Numbered from the stretch's first letter, positions 49,753-60,509 are shown. The stretch is 64,000 nt of DNA from a bacterium (GCA_965261595.1 CBDHDG010000005.1:736001-800000), one strand, 5' to 3'. The notes: generated by a model not told the origin, from the sequence alone. Program-made: numbers and translations.

Positions 49753-50038
49753 TCCTCCACTGGAATTCAGTTATACAGCCTTTGTCTCCTCTGGAAGATC
49801 GGTTCCCTATGCCCTGAACCGGCCTTTCCCCTCTTTGAAAGCTCACGGTTGCTGAATCGTGAATGGCGCCCGCCGTCTCGGACGCAGGGGCGGAGCCCCA
49901 CACGCCGAAGCGCGTTCACCCTTCTGGGCGGTTCATCACGCTCCGCGTCAAGCGGGCATGACAATCTTTTCAGTTCCTTGTTACAATCATCTCTGAAATC
50001 GCGGGATCTGTCAAATGTTAAATGGGGCCTCCCAGTCA

Positions 50039-51418
50039 TCAATCCTCGATGAAGTCGCGCAAGGACACCTTCCCGGAGCCCATGGGCCGGACGATCTCGA
50101 AGCGCTTCCGGGCTTCGGGCTTGGAGAGGGGGGGCTTGGTGGCGTCGACCCCCATTATCCCGTTGACCAATGGGTCATCTTCGAAATGGCGAACCTCGGG
50201 GCAGGTCGGATCCAGGTGGTGCCCCCGTGTCCCCGTGACCGTCACGACATCGATCGCGGGGTTGACCCGCATGGCCAGCGCCCAGATGACCTGCTTCATA
50301 TCGTAAATGTCCACGTCATCATCGACGATGATGACTTCCTTCTGGTGCATGTTGAAGGACATGGCGGCCATCATGACCGCTTTGGCGTGCCCGTCGTAAA
50401 CGGGGTTCATTTGCACAATGGCCATGAAACGCGCCCAGGGCGGGCAGAAGACGTCCAGGATCTCAGTGTTGCCGTATACCCGGCTCAGGTTCTGGTAAAG
50501 CTCGGCCTCATTAGGGAGGGTCCCGAGGGATTGATGATCGGTGAAGAGGCTGGCGTTGAGGTGGCGGTAGATGGGGTTCTTTCGGAGCGTAATGGCCTTG
50601 ACCCTCCAGATCGGCCGTTCCGCCGCTTTCCCCATATACGCTGTGAACTCCCCGAAGGGACCCTCGATCTCGCGCTCATCCATCGATATTTCCCCCTCGA
50701 TGACGATCTCCGCGCAAGCGGGCACCATGATGTCGGACGTCTCGCACCGGACCAGCTCGACCGGTTCTCCCAGGAGAGGGGCCGCGAGGGCGAACTCGTC
50801 ATACCCTGCGTGGCGTCCGCTGTAGACAGCTGCGATTTCGTACGCCGGGTGGAGACCGATGGCGATGGCCATCGGCATCGGCTCTTTTCGGCTCTGGTGT
50901 TTCTTGAAGTGCTCGAAGCTGTGCCGCCGGGCCATCATGAAACCGGTGTGGTGGCGCCCTTTGATCTGCGTCCGCAGGATGCATTCGTTCTGCACGCCGG
51001 TGTCCGGGTCGCGGGTGATGTGGATTCCGCCGCCGATGTATCGTCCGCCGTCGCCCTCGCTGTGAATGGCGATGGGCAGGCGGAGCAGGTCCGCCTCTTT
51101 TCCCAGCCAAATTTGTTCCTTGCACGGAGCGCTCTCGGCGGTGCGGATCTCTCCCGGTCCCTGGGAAAGGAGCCGGGCCAGCTCGGGCACGACGCGTTTG
51201 GGATCCACCCCCAAGACGACGGCCTGCATGGCCCGGTTGCTGATGATTCGGTCGCACACCCGCCAGCCGGGGTAGCCCTTGACGTTCTCGAACAAGATGG
51301 GCCGCTCGCTCTCCGAGCATAAGGCGCCCATTTGCGTCAGCGGGTCCACCTCCTTGCGAATGTGCAGGACCTCGTCGCGTACGCTGTGCAGGTAAGTCCT
51401 CAAGTCTTGCATGTCCAT
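50039..51418 (-). CDS. UbiD-family prFMN-dependent (de)carboxylase
   Basis: ILFENVKG; EGPFGEFT; IIVDDDVD; LDP; MGVDATKP. Confidence 0.93.
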   Translation of the reverse strand: MDMQDLRTYLHSVRDEVLHIRKEVDPLTQMGALCSESERPILFENVKGYPGWRVCDRIISNRAMQAVVLGVDPKRVVPELARLLSQGPGEIRTAESAPCKEQIWLGKEADLLRLPIAIHSEGDGGRYIGGGIHITRDPDTGVQNECILRTQIKGRHHTGFMMARRHSFEHFKKHQSRKEPMPMAIAIGLHPAYEIAAVYSGRHAGYDEFALAAPLLGEPVELVRCETSDIMVPACAEIVIEGEISMDEREIEGPFGEFTAYMGKAAERPIWRVKAITLRKNPIYRHLNASLFTDHQSLGTLPNEAELYQNLSRVYGNTEILDVFCPPWARFMAIVQMNPVYDGHAKAVMMAAMSFNMHQKEVIIVDDDVDIYDMKQVIWALAMRVNPAIDVVTVTGTRGHHLDPTCPEVRHFEDDPLVNGIMGVDATKPPLSKPEARKRFEIVRPMGSGKVSLRDFIED

Positions 51419-51829
51419 TCTCCCTTATTCTTCCATCGGGGGGAAGGGGGCGGCGGATCGGACGGAAGCCCTTCCCAGCGGGAGAGGTCGAGTCTCAGAG
51501 ATGGGTGGATGGAAATAAGCAATCCGGAATTTTCGCACCATCATTGCCAATTGTAAAAGATCGGCGGTCTGGAATTCAATGAACGTTCATCCTTGCGGGC
51601 CGCGTTACGGGAGTTTCCCGTCCGTTATTCCCATCAGCACAACGGTCCCGCGGACGGGAATCGCTGGGCCTCTTGCCTTATTCTGGAACCATTTGTGATC
51701 ATTAAGGCCCAAAGACCGGGGGGCATACGCTGTGTGTGTGCGCCCGACGCGAGGGGGGGGGAGGGGGCGGGAATGGGCGAGGCCATATCCAAAATATCGT
51801 TTTTCACTTCAGAGGCGTCGCTTCATCAC

Positions 51830-52076
51830 CAACGGAAAATTAATCAAGGGGCGGTTCATCCTGACGGTCGATTCCGAGGATCGGGTTATCGATAATGGGG
51901 GGGTTGTCGTCCGGGAGGACCGCATCGTTGCGGTGGGAGATGGGGAGGGGCTTGAAAAAGAACATCTCGCTGCGAGGTCATCGACGCGGTGCCGGCACGC
52001 TGTGATTCCCGGCCTCGTGAGCCTGCATGCACTCCGGCCTCAGCCGACAGATATCGCTGCGAGGGTAGCCCTTTGA
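51830..52076 (+). pseudogene. Amidohydrolase (deaminase-like) N-terminal remnant
   Basis: LIKGRFILTVD..RVIDNGGVVVREDRIVAVG...VIPGLVSLH then stop. Confidence 0.7.
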
Positions 52077-52267
52077 TTCTTGCGCCGTTAGCACGTTTTG
52101 AGTATCCTTGGGGAAGGATTCGTGGATTGTTCCGGCCAAGGGGTCTATCCTTAATCGATAGGCCGATCTCGGCGAAGCAGGGAGTGATTGATCCATTGAT
52201 AAGGGACTCGGCTCGAATGGATGGCCGAATCCGATATGTCCCGCGGGGTTGCGGAGAAGGGCGACGA

Positions 52268-54223
52268 ATGAGCAGGATTTCGAGGACCGGATTGACTCTC
52301 CGTGCGGCGTTGATGCTTTTCGCTTTCCTCAGTGGAAGCGCGGGGGCTCAGCGCATCGGCCGAGACGCCCGTGACAACGGCGCGGCGCTGGATCACCGGG
52401 CTGCGTTGGAACGCATCGTCAAGAAGCTCACGGCGCAGTTCCCGCGCGTCAAAGGTCTGGTCGCTTCGGCCCGGGGGAACGAGCTTTACCTGACCCTTGA
52501 GGGAGGCGGCAAAATCCGGCCGGGCACGCGCTTGAGCGTCTTTCGGAAAATGGGGTCCTTCAAACACCCGGTGACCGGTGAAGTGCTCGGCCATTTCGAA
52601 GAAGACCTCGGCAGCGCGGTTGTCACGGATTTGCGCGACAAATTCCTCGTGGCGCGGTTTGAGCCGAAGGGCAAGCTGGTCCCCCGCCCGGGGGACGGGG
52701 TGCGAATCACGGCGGCCCAGATTCGCGTCGCGCTACTCCCGATCGTGAACAAGACGCGCGAGAAATTCAACCAGGACGAGACCCTGCTGGATTTTCAGAC
52801 CTTATTGGAGCGAACCGGCCGGTTCCGGGTGTTCGACGTGGATAAGCTCCGGGTCTGGTTGTTGGAGAATCGGGTCCCGTTGGATTCTATTTTGAAGCAG
52901 CGGTTGCGGGACAGGCTGAGTCAGTTTGTCCGGACGGACCTGGTGTTGATGAGCGAATTGCGCAAGCTCGGCGGACGGTATGTTCTGGAGACGCGGTTGG
53001 CCAACCTGGCGGACGGGACGTCCGGCGAAGCCATTGCCGCCATGATCAACAGGCTGCCGACCGCGATCGCCACCGGCCGCTCAAGGCTGAGGGGAAGGCG
53101 GGGTGGACTCCTTCTCGATGAAGGGGCGATCCGGGAGCGGGATCAGGCCTCGCGACTGAACCCGAATTTTCGGGTTCGCCGGGGAGCGCCCCGACGGGGT
53201 ATCCAGCGAAGCCAAAAGCTGGATTGGGTCGCGAGCGGCCTCGCCGCCGGAGATTTTGACGGAGACAAACAGCAGGAAGTCGTCCTGATCCACGACAGCG
53301 AACTCAACGTTTATCGTTGGGAAAAGGGTGTTCTGGCGGAGGAGTTCTCCTATCGGGCCTCAGCGGGCGACCGGTTTCTCACGGTCGACTCGATCGATCT
53401 GAACGGAGACGGGCGGCCCGAGATTTACGTCACGAATTATCGGCATCCCTTTCTCAACAGCTTTGTGGTGGGGTTCGAGAAGGGAAAGTACAAGATTCTC
53501 AAAAGCGGTCTGGATTCTTTCTTCCGCGTCATTCAGGGCATGGACGGCAAGCCGATCCTTGCGGGACAGGCCCTTGGCCTGGAAACCCCTTATTATGGAA
53601 ACGTATACGAGTACGAATGGAAGAACGGCGGCCCGGTTAAAAAGAAACCGCTGCCCCTGCCCAGAGGTCTCACCATCTACGGATTCAATTACTGGGACGT
53701 TGATGAAGACGGAATTTCGGAAATCGTCGAAGTCAAGAGGTTCGGCCGGATCGCCGTTTACAAGACGGATGGAAGCGTCATCCATGAGACGCGACGGACC
53801 TATGGCGGATACTCCACCCGATTTCGCTACGATCAGGCTCTGACGCGTCCCGAGATTCCGGACCTCATCCACGGGGCGGACGCGGACCCGAAATTCGGGA
53901 CCATCCGCGGACGGCTTCTGTTGAGAGACGTCACGGGAGACAGGAAGCCCGATCTGGTGGTTCCGGTCAATTTGCAGCGGGTCGCGTACATCGAGAACCT
54001 CGGCATGGGCGATGCCGAAATCGCGGCCTTGGCATGGGACGGGAGCGTGTTGACGGAGCAGTGGCGATCCAGGAAAATCGGGGGAGTCGTGGCCGATTAC
54101 CAGTTCGTGGACCTGGATGGCGACGGCGAAGAAGAGCTGGTGGCCGCAATCGTGGAAAGCAAGCTCCTGTCACTCAAGGCCGGCACGACGCGCTTGGTTG
54201 TCTACCGCTTGAAAAAAGGGTAG
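52268..54223 (+). CDS. Secreted FG-GAP/VCBS repeat protein with FlgT-like N-terminal region
   Basis: Signal peptide; GDFDGDK, DLNGDG, DVDEDG, DVTGD, DLDGDG repeats. Confidence 0.85.
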   Translation: MSRISRTGLTLRAALMLFAFLSGSAGAQRIGRDARDNGAALDHRAALERIVKKLTAQFPRVKGLVASARGNELYLTLEGGGKIRPGTRLSVFRKMGSFKHPVTGEVLGHFEEDLGSAVVTDLRDKFLVARFEPKGKLVPRPGDGVRITAAQIRVALLPIVNKTREKFNQDETLLDFQTLLERTGRFRVFDVDKLRVWLLENRVPLDSILKQRLRDRLSQFVRTDLVLMSELRKLGGRYVLETRLANLADGTSGEAIAAMINRLPTAIATGRSRLRGRRGGLLLDEGAIRERDQASRLNPNFRVRRGAPRRGIQRSQKLDWVASGLAAGDFDGDKQQEVVLIHDSELNVYRWEKGVLAEEFSYRASAGDRFLTVDSIDLNGDGRPEIYVTNYRHPFLNSFVVGFEKGKYKILKSGLDSFFRVIQGMDGKPILAGQALGLETPYYGNVYEYEWKNGGPVKKKPLPLPRGLTIYGFNYWDVDEDGISEIVEVKRFGRIAVYKTDGSVIHETRRTYGGYSTRFRYDQALTRPEIPDLIHGADADPKFGTIRGRLLLRDVTGDRKPDLVVPVNLQRVAYIENLGMGDAEIAALAWDGSVLTEQWRSRKIGGVVADYQFVDLDGDGEEELVAAIVESKLLSLKAGTTRLVVYRLKKG

Positions 54224-54284
54224 AGTCCCCGAAAGACGCTGGCGCCTTCATCGACTGACGGGGAGAACCGCGAACCCCCAATGG

Positions 54285-54397
54285 GTCATTCCCGCGTAAG
54301 GCAGGAATCCAGAAAAAGGACCGACCCAAGCCGCGAAGCCCTACCAGCCTGTCATTCCTGCGCAGGCAGGAATCCAAGGCTTCTATCGGGAATCCAT
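54285..54397 (+). repeat. REP-like palindromic repeats
   Basis: GTCATTCC(C/T)GCG..GGCAGGAATCCA at 54285 and 54351, partial copy at 54388. Confidence 0.8.
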
Positions 54398-54781
54398 AAA
54401 CAAATGTCGGCCGATTTCACCTGTTGGAAGAGCAAAAAAATCTCAAAAAATGGCTTGACAACATCATTCATGGATTGTTAGAATTCGCTAATAATTGGAT
54501 TGGGGAGAGAGAGAATTCTTTGCGCCATGGCGCAAGTGCAAGACGGGAAGGTGTCGTACAATTGCAATATCGGGGTCGTTGCCGACGGGTCGCAATACCG
54601 GTCAGGCAGCATCTTTTGGAGCGGGGAAGTTTAAATGGCCCGAATGGAGAAAGGAGGGCACGGGGGGCACGGGGGGCACGGCACGGTATTTGTGGGTTCT
54701 TCATGAGGCGGTCGCCGTTGGTTGGCAGGTGAAACGGCGGCTAATCTTCTATAGGTCTCTTTTGGTGGTGGGAGGATTGAG

Positions 54782-56239
54782 ATGAGTAAGAAACTCTTAG
54801 GCCTCGCCGTGGCTCTTGTCATGCTCTTCGGTGTCGTGGCAATAGCAAAGGCGCAGATGGACCCGATCAAATTCAAGTTCGGCGGCTGGTTCCGCTACCG
54901 GGGAATCGCGACCAACAACCGGGACCGGCTTGATACGAAAGGCGGTGAAAACGACGATAACAACAGCTACTACGACGTGGTGTTCCGGCCCTCCTTCACC
55001 GCGACGATGGGAGACACGGCCCGGGTCTTCTTCCAGCTGGACATCCCGTCCTTTAACGGAATCGGCGGCGATGACTTTCACAACTTCGGTACGGGCGTTG
55101 TAGCCACAGACGGCGCGCGCGATATGCACATTTCAGGTCGCCCGGGAGCTGCCCGGACCGCCGTGAATGTGGTGGTCTACAACCTGCAGGTCAAGGTGCC
55201 CGGCGTGCCCGGCCCCTGGTTCGTGAAGATAGGCCGCGACAACGGATTCATGCCCCGGGGTATCATAGCGGACGTTCCGACCCTCCGCTCTTTCGCCGTT
55301 CAGGTCTGGGGCACGGTCGGCATGTTCAAGCCCCGCTTCGAGATCTGGAAGCGGGACGAGACAACCCAAACGGGTACGTTTACCGCAAATAGTCCTAACT
55401 ACGGTCTGGCCTTGAACGACGACGACGACCTCTACGTCTTCAAGATGCCCTTCACGCCGATGAAGGGCGTCCGGGTGATGCCTTACATCGCGTACTGGAA
55501 ATCCAGCAACAGAGAATACGCCTTTGACTTCCAAGGGTTAGGTGAAGCCGACATAAACATGTACTACCCCGCGGTCTCGATCTCGGCGCGGCAGGGGAAC
55601 ATCTTCGGGAAGCTCGACTTCGTGTACCAGACGGGTGAGGTGGACCACGATGCGGGTGGTCCAGCTGACTATGACGCGAAGGCGTATGTGTTTTGGGGCC
55701 AGGTCGGCGGTTCTTGGGGTCCGCTCACGGTGTCCGCGAACTACGTGTTCGCTTCGGGCGACAACGACGATACCGCCGACGAGGTGAACCGGTTCACCGG
55801 AGTGGGTTGCGCCGGGACGACCAGCGGCATTTTTTGCGACGCGTACGCCAAGGGTCCGACGGACCTGTGGTTCGGCGGCAAATACACCGACGTCAACATC
55901 GTGGGCTCCCGGAATATCGGCGGGGACGGTGGAGCTGGCGGCAACGGGACCAGCACGTTTACGATTGACGCGGCGTACGCCCTGACCAAGGTCCTGAAGT
56001 TCCAGGGCACGTTGGGCTTCATCTCCTCGGCGGAAGCCGATTCGCGCGAAGATCGCGTCTCCGACAAGTACATCGGGACGGAGATCGACCTGGCGGCGAC
56101 TTGGTCGATCGCCAAGGGCGTATCGCTGAAGGGTGGTTTGTCCTACCTGGCCGCGGGCGAGTATGGGGAGCTGGCGGACGACTCCCAGAAAAACGACGAT
56201 TCCTGGCAGGCGGTGTGGAAGCTTCAGTGGTTCTTCTAA
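54782..56239 (+). CDS. Outer-membrane beta-barrel protein (porin/alginate-export-like)
   Basis: Signal peptide; alternating aromatic strands; YIGTEIDL; C-terminal WKLQWFF; GGAGG RBS. Confidence 0.85.
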   Translation: MSKKLLGLAVALVMLFGVVAIAKAQMDPIKFKFGGWFRYRGIATNNRDRLDTKGGENDDNNSYYDVVFRPSFTATMGDTARVFFQLDIPSFNGIGGDDFHNFGTGVVATDGARDMHISGRPGAARTAVNVVVYNLQVKVPGVPGPWFVKIGRDNGFMPRGIIADVPTLRSFAVQVWGTVGMFKPRFEIWKRDETTQTGTFTANSPNYGLALNDDDDLYVFKMPFTPMKGVRVMPYIAYWKSSNREYAFDFQGLGEADINMYYPAVSISARQGNIFGKLDFVYQTGEVDHDAGGPADYDAKAYVFWGQVGGSWGPLTVSANYVFASGDNDDTADEVNRFTGVGCAGTTSGIFCDAYAKGPTDLWFGGKYTDVNIVGSRNIGGDGGAGGNGTSTFTIDAAYALTKVLKFQGTLGFISSAEADSREDRVSDKYIGTEIDLAATWSIAKGVSLKGGLSYLAAGEYGELADDSQKNDDSWQAVWKLQWFF

Positions 56240-56278
56240 GACGCCGCTGAGCAGTTGCAGTTGAAGTTGCAAGAGAAA

Positions 56279-56320
56279 AGAAGCCGGAGCGGCCGAAAGG
56301 CCGCTCCGGCTTCTCTCTTG
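56279..56320 (+). terminator. Rho-independent terminator
   Basis: AGAAGCCGGAGCGGCC-GAAA-GGCCGCTCCGGCTTCT hairpin. Confidence 0.85.
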
Positions 56321-56346
56321 TCTGGCTCCGCGCCATCGCAGCCATC

Positions 56347-56650
56347 TGGATTCCCGCTTTCGCGGGAACGACGGGTTGTTGGAGGTCTGCTCCCGTCAAT
56401 GGGTCGTGCCTGGGCCTTTTTCCGGGAGAGCCGCTGGCTCGCCATTCTCGTGGATTCCTGCCTGCGCAGGAATGACAAGAATGACAAGCTGGGTGTTCAC
56501 GGCCTTTGTTCGTCATTCCCGCCGGGAGGCTTCCGCGCGCCGGACCGGGGCTTGTCCCAAAGTCTGTCATTCCCGCCCCCGATTAAAGCCTTCGAGGGCA
56601 GGCTATAGCAGGAATCCAGAACATTGGGGGCAGGCTATAGCGGGAATCCA
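56347..56650. repeat. REP-like palindromic repeat cluster
   Basis: Copies or partial copies at 56347, 56451, 56512, 56566, 56631 in both orientations. Confidence 0.8.
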
Positions 56651-56663
56651 TGCGGCATAACGA

Positions 56664-56692
56664 TTGACAGGAGCAAGCCGCGAAATTAGAGT
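56664..56692 (+). promoter_or_regulatory. Sigma70-like promoter
   Basis: TTGACA-17 bp-TAGAGT upstream of the radical SAM gene. Confidence 0.55.
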
Positions 56693-56760
56693 GTGTAGGG
56701 AAGGCGCAACGAAAGAGGGCGTCAAGGCGCGCGGCAGCGCGCCGTATTTCCATTCAAGCG

Positions 56761-57798
56761 ATGACTCCGCGTTTTCAAGGGAAGCGCTCAATGAAGTGGT
56801 GGTGGTATTGGCTGAGACGTCTCGCGAACAAGGCCCTCTTCGAGTTGTCCTTCCTGATGGGCAAAACCCGGGTTTGGGGACTTCCGGACGACTTGATGAT
56901 CGAGCCGGCGAGTGTCTGCAATCTGGGCTGCCCCACTTGCCCGACCGGAGCCGGAACGCTGAACCGGCCGGGCGCGCTGATGGACTTTGAACTCTACAAG
57001 AAAATCATCGATGAGATCTGGCCGACCACGTCCAAGATCCGATTGTGGAATTTGGGCGAGCCTTTTATGCATAAAGATGTCTACCGAATGATTCGCTACG
57101 CCAAGGACCGGCACATTAAAGTCCTGACAAGCACCAACGGGCATTATTTTCGGGAACCCGACGCCCCGAAAAAAGTGGTGGAATCCGGTCTGGATTTCAT
57201 GATCGTATCGATGGATGGGGCGACGCAGGAGAGCCTGGAGAAGTTCCGGATCGGTGCCCGGCTTGACCGGATTGTCGAGGGGGTGAAGCGCGTCATCGAG
57301 CACCGGGATGCGGTGGGGGCCAAGAACCCGACCGTCGAATTCCAGTTCATCGCCATGAAGCACAACATCCATGAAATTGCCGAGGCCCGGGTTCTCGCGA
57401 AGACGATGAAGACGGACATCTTCAAGCTGAAAACCATTGGGATCAGCGCCAACGATCCGCATGCGGATGAGCTCATCCGAGAATACCTGCCCGAAGATGC
57501 GAGATATTCGCGCTACCCGGATGCTGAGGCGATTCGAAATGTCGCAAACCATATCGATAAGCTGGATTGCAAGCGTCCCTGGCGTCACTCCGTAATCAAT
57601 CAGGACGGAGACGTTGTGGCCTGTTGCTATGATGATCAAAACCATTATGTCTTCGGCAACCTTCGCGAGATGACCTTCCGACAGATCTGGAACGGAGAGC
57701 GGTACGTGCGCTTTCGGCGGGGCCTGCTGAAAGGAAGGAGCCATTTGAAGACCTGCGCGGTTTGCACCGAAGGGCTTCCCTCGTCCGTGACCCCGTAA
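56761..57798 (+). CDS. Radical SAM/SPASM-domain protein
   Basis: CNLGCPTC; LWNLGEP; C..PW...INQDGDVVACC.D; CAVC. Confidence 0.92.
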   Translation: MTPRFQGKRSMKWWWYWLRRLANKALFELSFLMGKTRVWGLPDDLMIEPASVCNLGCPTCPTGAGTLNRPGALMDFELYKKIIDEIWPTTSKIRLWNLGEPFMHKDVYRMIRYAKDRHIKVLTSTNGHYFREPDAPKKVVESGLDFMIVSMDGATQESLEKFRIGARLDRIVEGVKRVIEHRDAVGAKNPTVEFQFIAMKHNIHEIAEARVLAKTMKTDIFKLKTIGISANDPHADELIREYLPEDARYSRYPDAEAIRNVANHIDKLDCKRPWRHSVINQDGDVVACCYDDQNHYVFGNLREMTFRQIWNGERYVRFRRGLLKGRSHLKTCAVCTEGLPSSVTP

Positions 57799-57892
57799 CG
57801 CAAGTTTCAGCATTGCGATTCCCGTCACATGTCCTCCGGCGTCGTCCGCGTGGTCGGGCCCGCGTTTCTTCGGTGCGTAGGGATTTCAAGGT

Positions 57893-59260
57893 TTGGAAAA
57901 CTTTGATTCATTTAACACCCGGAACGGTCCTGGCGCGCGCCAGGGGCTGCCCAGGGGGGTTCGTATCTATCCGCCTCCCGAAGCGGAGCGCAAGCGCGGG
58001 ATGGAGTCCCGCTTGCTGGAGGTTTACCTGCGGTGGGGGTTTCAGGAGATTGTCACGCCGACGCTCGATTATTATGAAACCGTCGCTCGCGGATTGGGAC
58101 ATCAGACCCTTGGAGACCTCTTCAAGGTCATCGACCGCGAGACGGGAGAGCTCCTGACGCTTCGGTCGGACATCACACCGCAGATCGCTCACCTGGTTGC
58201 CACCTCACTGCGGTCGCTCCCCCTGCCGTTGCGACTGTGTTATTCGGGGAGAATTTATCGTTACGTCCACACCCAGGGGCGCGTCCAGCAGGAGTTCCAC
58301 CAGAGCGGCGTCGAGTTGGTGGGGTTGGAATCCCTGGAGGCGGACGCCGAGGTTATCGCCATCGCGGTCGAGGGCCTCCGCGCGTGCGGTTTGAAAGAGT
58401 TCTCCCTCATCCTGACGCACATGGGTTTTCTCCGGGAAGTCCTGGAAGGGATCGAGGCCCCGGCGGATTGGATTTCGGCCTACCGGAGCGCATTGGGCAG
58501 GAAGGACCTCACCTCCCTGGGGCGGCTGGTGAATGGACTCGACGTCTCCTCGCGGCTTCGTTCCGCATTGCTCCAGGCACCCGAATGGGCGGGCGGGCCG
58601 GAAGTCCTGGACCGGGTCGAGCGGGCCCTGCCGGGCAGGAAGAGCAGGGAGGCGATGAAGGAGCTGCGCACCATCCTGGACATGCTGGACGTCTATGGCG
58701 TGGCGGAAAATCTGACGTTCGATCTCAGCGAAGTCCGGGGGTTCAATTACTACACGGGGACGGTGTTTGAAGTGTTCTCCCCCCTGGCCGGATACCCCAT
58801 TTGCAACGGCGGGAGATATGACGACCTCGTTGGACGCTTCGGCGCGCCCGTTCCGGCGACCGGATTCGCGATTGATGTCGGCGGTCTTTTCGAGACGATA
58901 CAACGACAGGAAAGGGAGCCGTCGGCGCCTTTGGGCCCGGACGTTTTGCTGATCGATTTTTCCCGGCGGAAAGACCGGGCCCTCGCGCTGGCCAGAGACC
59001 TGCGAAATCGAGGTTTCCGCGTCGCGCGGGACATCATCCGCCGGACGCTTCCCGCCTCGGTGAAATACGCCCGGGCGACGGGGTTTCGGTACGCGGTTGT
59101 CCTCGGACATCGAAAGGTCGCCGCGGAGGATGCGCGCTTGATGAACCTGCTCCGGGCGGAGGAGACGACTGTGAAGCGAGCCGCCGTGGCCGGGACCCTC
59201 CAGAAGTGGGAGAAGAAACATGCCGACCGTAGCGGTCATCGGCGCCCAGTGGGGGGATGA
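57893..59260 (+). CDS. hisZ: ATP phosphoribosyltransferase regulatory subunit
   Basis: LRSDITPQIA; EFHQSGVEL; YYTG; GGRYDDL; upstream of purA. Confidence 0.9.
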   Translation: MENFDSFNTRNGPGARQGLPRGVRIYPPPEAERKRGMESRLLEVYLRWGFQEIVTPTLDYYETVARGLGHQTLGDLFKVIDRETGELLTLRSDITPQIAHLVATSLRSLPLPLRLCYSGRIYRYVHTQGRVQQEFHQSGVELVGLESLEADAEVIAIAVEGLRACGLKEFSLILTHMGFLREVLEGIEAPADWISAYRSALGRKDLTSLGRLVNGLDVSSRLRSALLQAPEWAGGPEVLDRVERALPGRKSREAMKELRTILDMLDVYGVAENLTFDLSEVRGFNYYTGTVFEVFSPLAGYPICNGGRYDDLVGRFGAPVPATGFAIDVGGLFETIQRQEREPSAPLGPDVLLIDFSRRKDRALALARDLRNRGFRVARDIIRRTLPASVKYARATGFRYAVVLGHRKVAAEDARLMNLLRAEETTVKRAAVAGTLQKWEKKHADRSGHRRPVGG

Positions 59261-60509
59261 GGGCAAAGGAAAAATCGTGGACCGGCTGGCCGAGGAGGCC
59301 GACTGGGTCGTTCGCTTCCAGGGGGGGGCCAACGCCGGCCACACCATATTGGTGAATGGTGAAGAGCGGGTTCTGCACTTGATTCCCTCGGGGATTTTCC
59401 ATGAGGGAGTGCGCAGTCTCATCGGGCCCGGGGTCGTTGTGGACCCGGGGGAGCTGCTCGGCGAGGTGGAGTCTCTTCGCACGGCCGGCATCGAGGTGGA
59501 AGACCGTCTCGGTGTCAGCGGCAACGCCCACGTCATTTTCCCCTACCACCGCGCGGAAGAGACCTGGATGGAAGCGGCCCGCGGCAAGGGCCGAATTGGG
59601 ACGACGGGACGGGGAATCGGTCCCGCCTACGCGGACCGCATCTCCCGGACCGGCATCCGGATCTTCGATTTGCTGGACGCGGATCGACTTTCCGAGAAGC
59701 TCACGCTCAGCCTCCGTCTCAAGGCCCACATCCTCGAGGCCTTGCCGGATCGGGCCGATGATTTCGACAGGGAGCGGTTGGTGGAGACCGCGCTGGCGAT
59801 GGGCAAAAGGTTGGCGCCCTACTTGGGTGACGTCGAGGACGAATTGGCCCGGGGGATGGAACGGGACGCTCGAATCCTCCTGGAAGGGGCGCAAGGAACC
59901 CTCCTGGACGTCTCCCATGGGACTTACCCGTTCGTGACTTCCTCACACACCGTCGCCGGCGGGGCCTGCACGGGATTGGGGATCGCCCCCGGCCGCATTC
60001 AGTATGTCCTGGCCGTCGTCAAGGCTTACTCTACGCGTGTGGGGGAGGGGCCTTTTCCCACAGAGTTGACCGGAGAGATCGGCGAACGCCTGCGGGAGCG
60101 GGGGCGGGAGTACGGCGCGACCACCGGGCGGCCGAGGCGGTGCGGATGGTTGGACCTGATTGCGCTCGCGTACGCCGTCCGATTGAATGGCGTCACCGGC
60201 CTCGCCGTCACCAAATTGGACGTCCTGGACGGCATGGAAGAGTTGTGCGTCTGCACCGGGTACCGGATTGGAGAGACCATCCAAGAATCTTGGCCCGTCA
60301 ATCCGAATCAGCTGCGGGAGGTCGATCCCCGGTGCGAGACCCTGCCCGGCTGGAAAGCGAATACGGAAGGGGCGAAGCGTGTCGAAGACCTTCCCGGCGA
60401 AGCACGCAGTTACCTCGACCGGATATCCGAAACCTTAGGGGTCCCGGTGAATGTGGTCTCAACGGGTCCCGATCGCGGCCAGGAGGTCTGGTTCCGCCGT
60501 CCGTGGTGA
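59220..60509 (+). CDS. purA: Adenylosuccinate synthetase
   Basis: GAQWGDEGKGK; GGANAGHT; GATTGRPRRCGW. Confidence 0.98.
   Translation: MPTVAVIGAQWGDEGKGKIVDRLAEEADWVVRFQGGANAGHTILVNGEERVLHLIPSGIFHEGVRSLIGPGVVVDPGELLGEVESLRTAGIEVEDRLGVSGNAHVIFPYHRAEETWMEAARGKGRIGTTGRGIGPAYADRISRTGIRIFDLLDADRLSEKLTLSLRLKAHILEALPDRADDFDRERLVETALAMGKRLAPYLGDVEDELARGMERDARILLEGAQGTLLDVSHGTYPFVTSSHTVAGGACTGLGIAPGRIQYVLAVVKAYSTRVGEGPFPTELTGEIGERLRERGREYGATTGRPRRCGWLDLIALAYAVRLNGVTGLAVTKLDVLDGMEELCVCTGYRIGETIQESWPVNPNQLREVDPRCETLPGWKANTEGAKRVEDLPGEARSYLDRISETLGVPVNVVSTGPDRGQEVWFRRPW

Noticed and set aside
54285..56650. CRISPR array
   Set aside because: Repeats are degenerate, irregularly spaced and in both orientations; no cas genes
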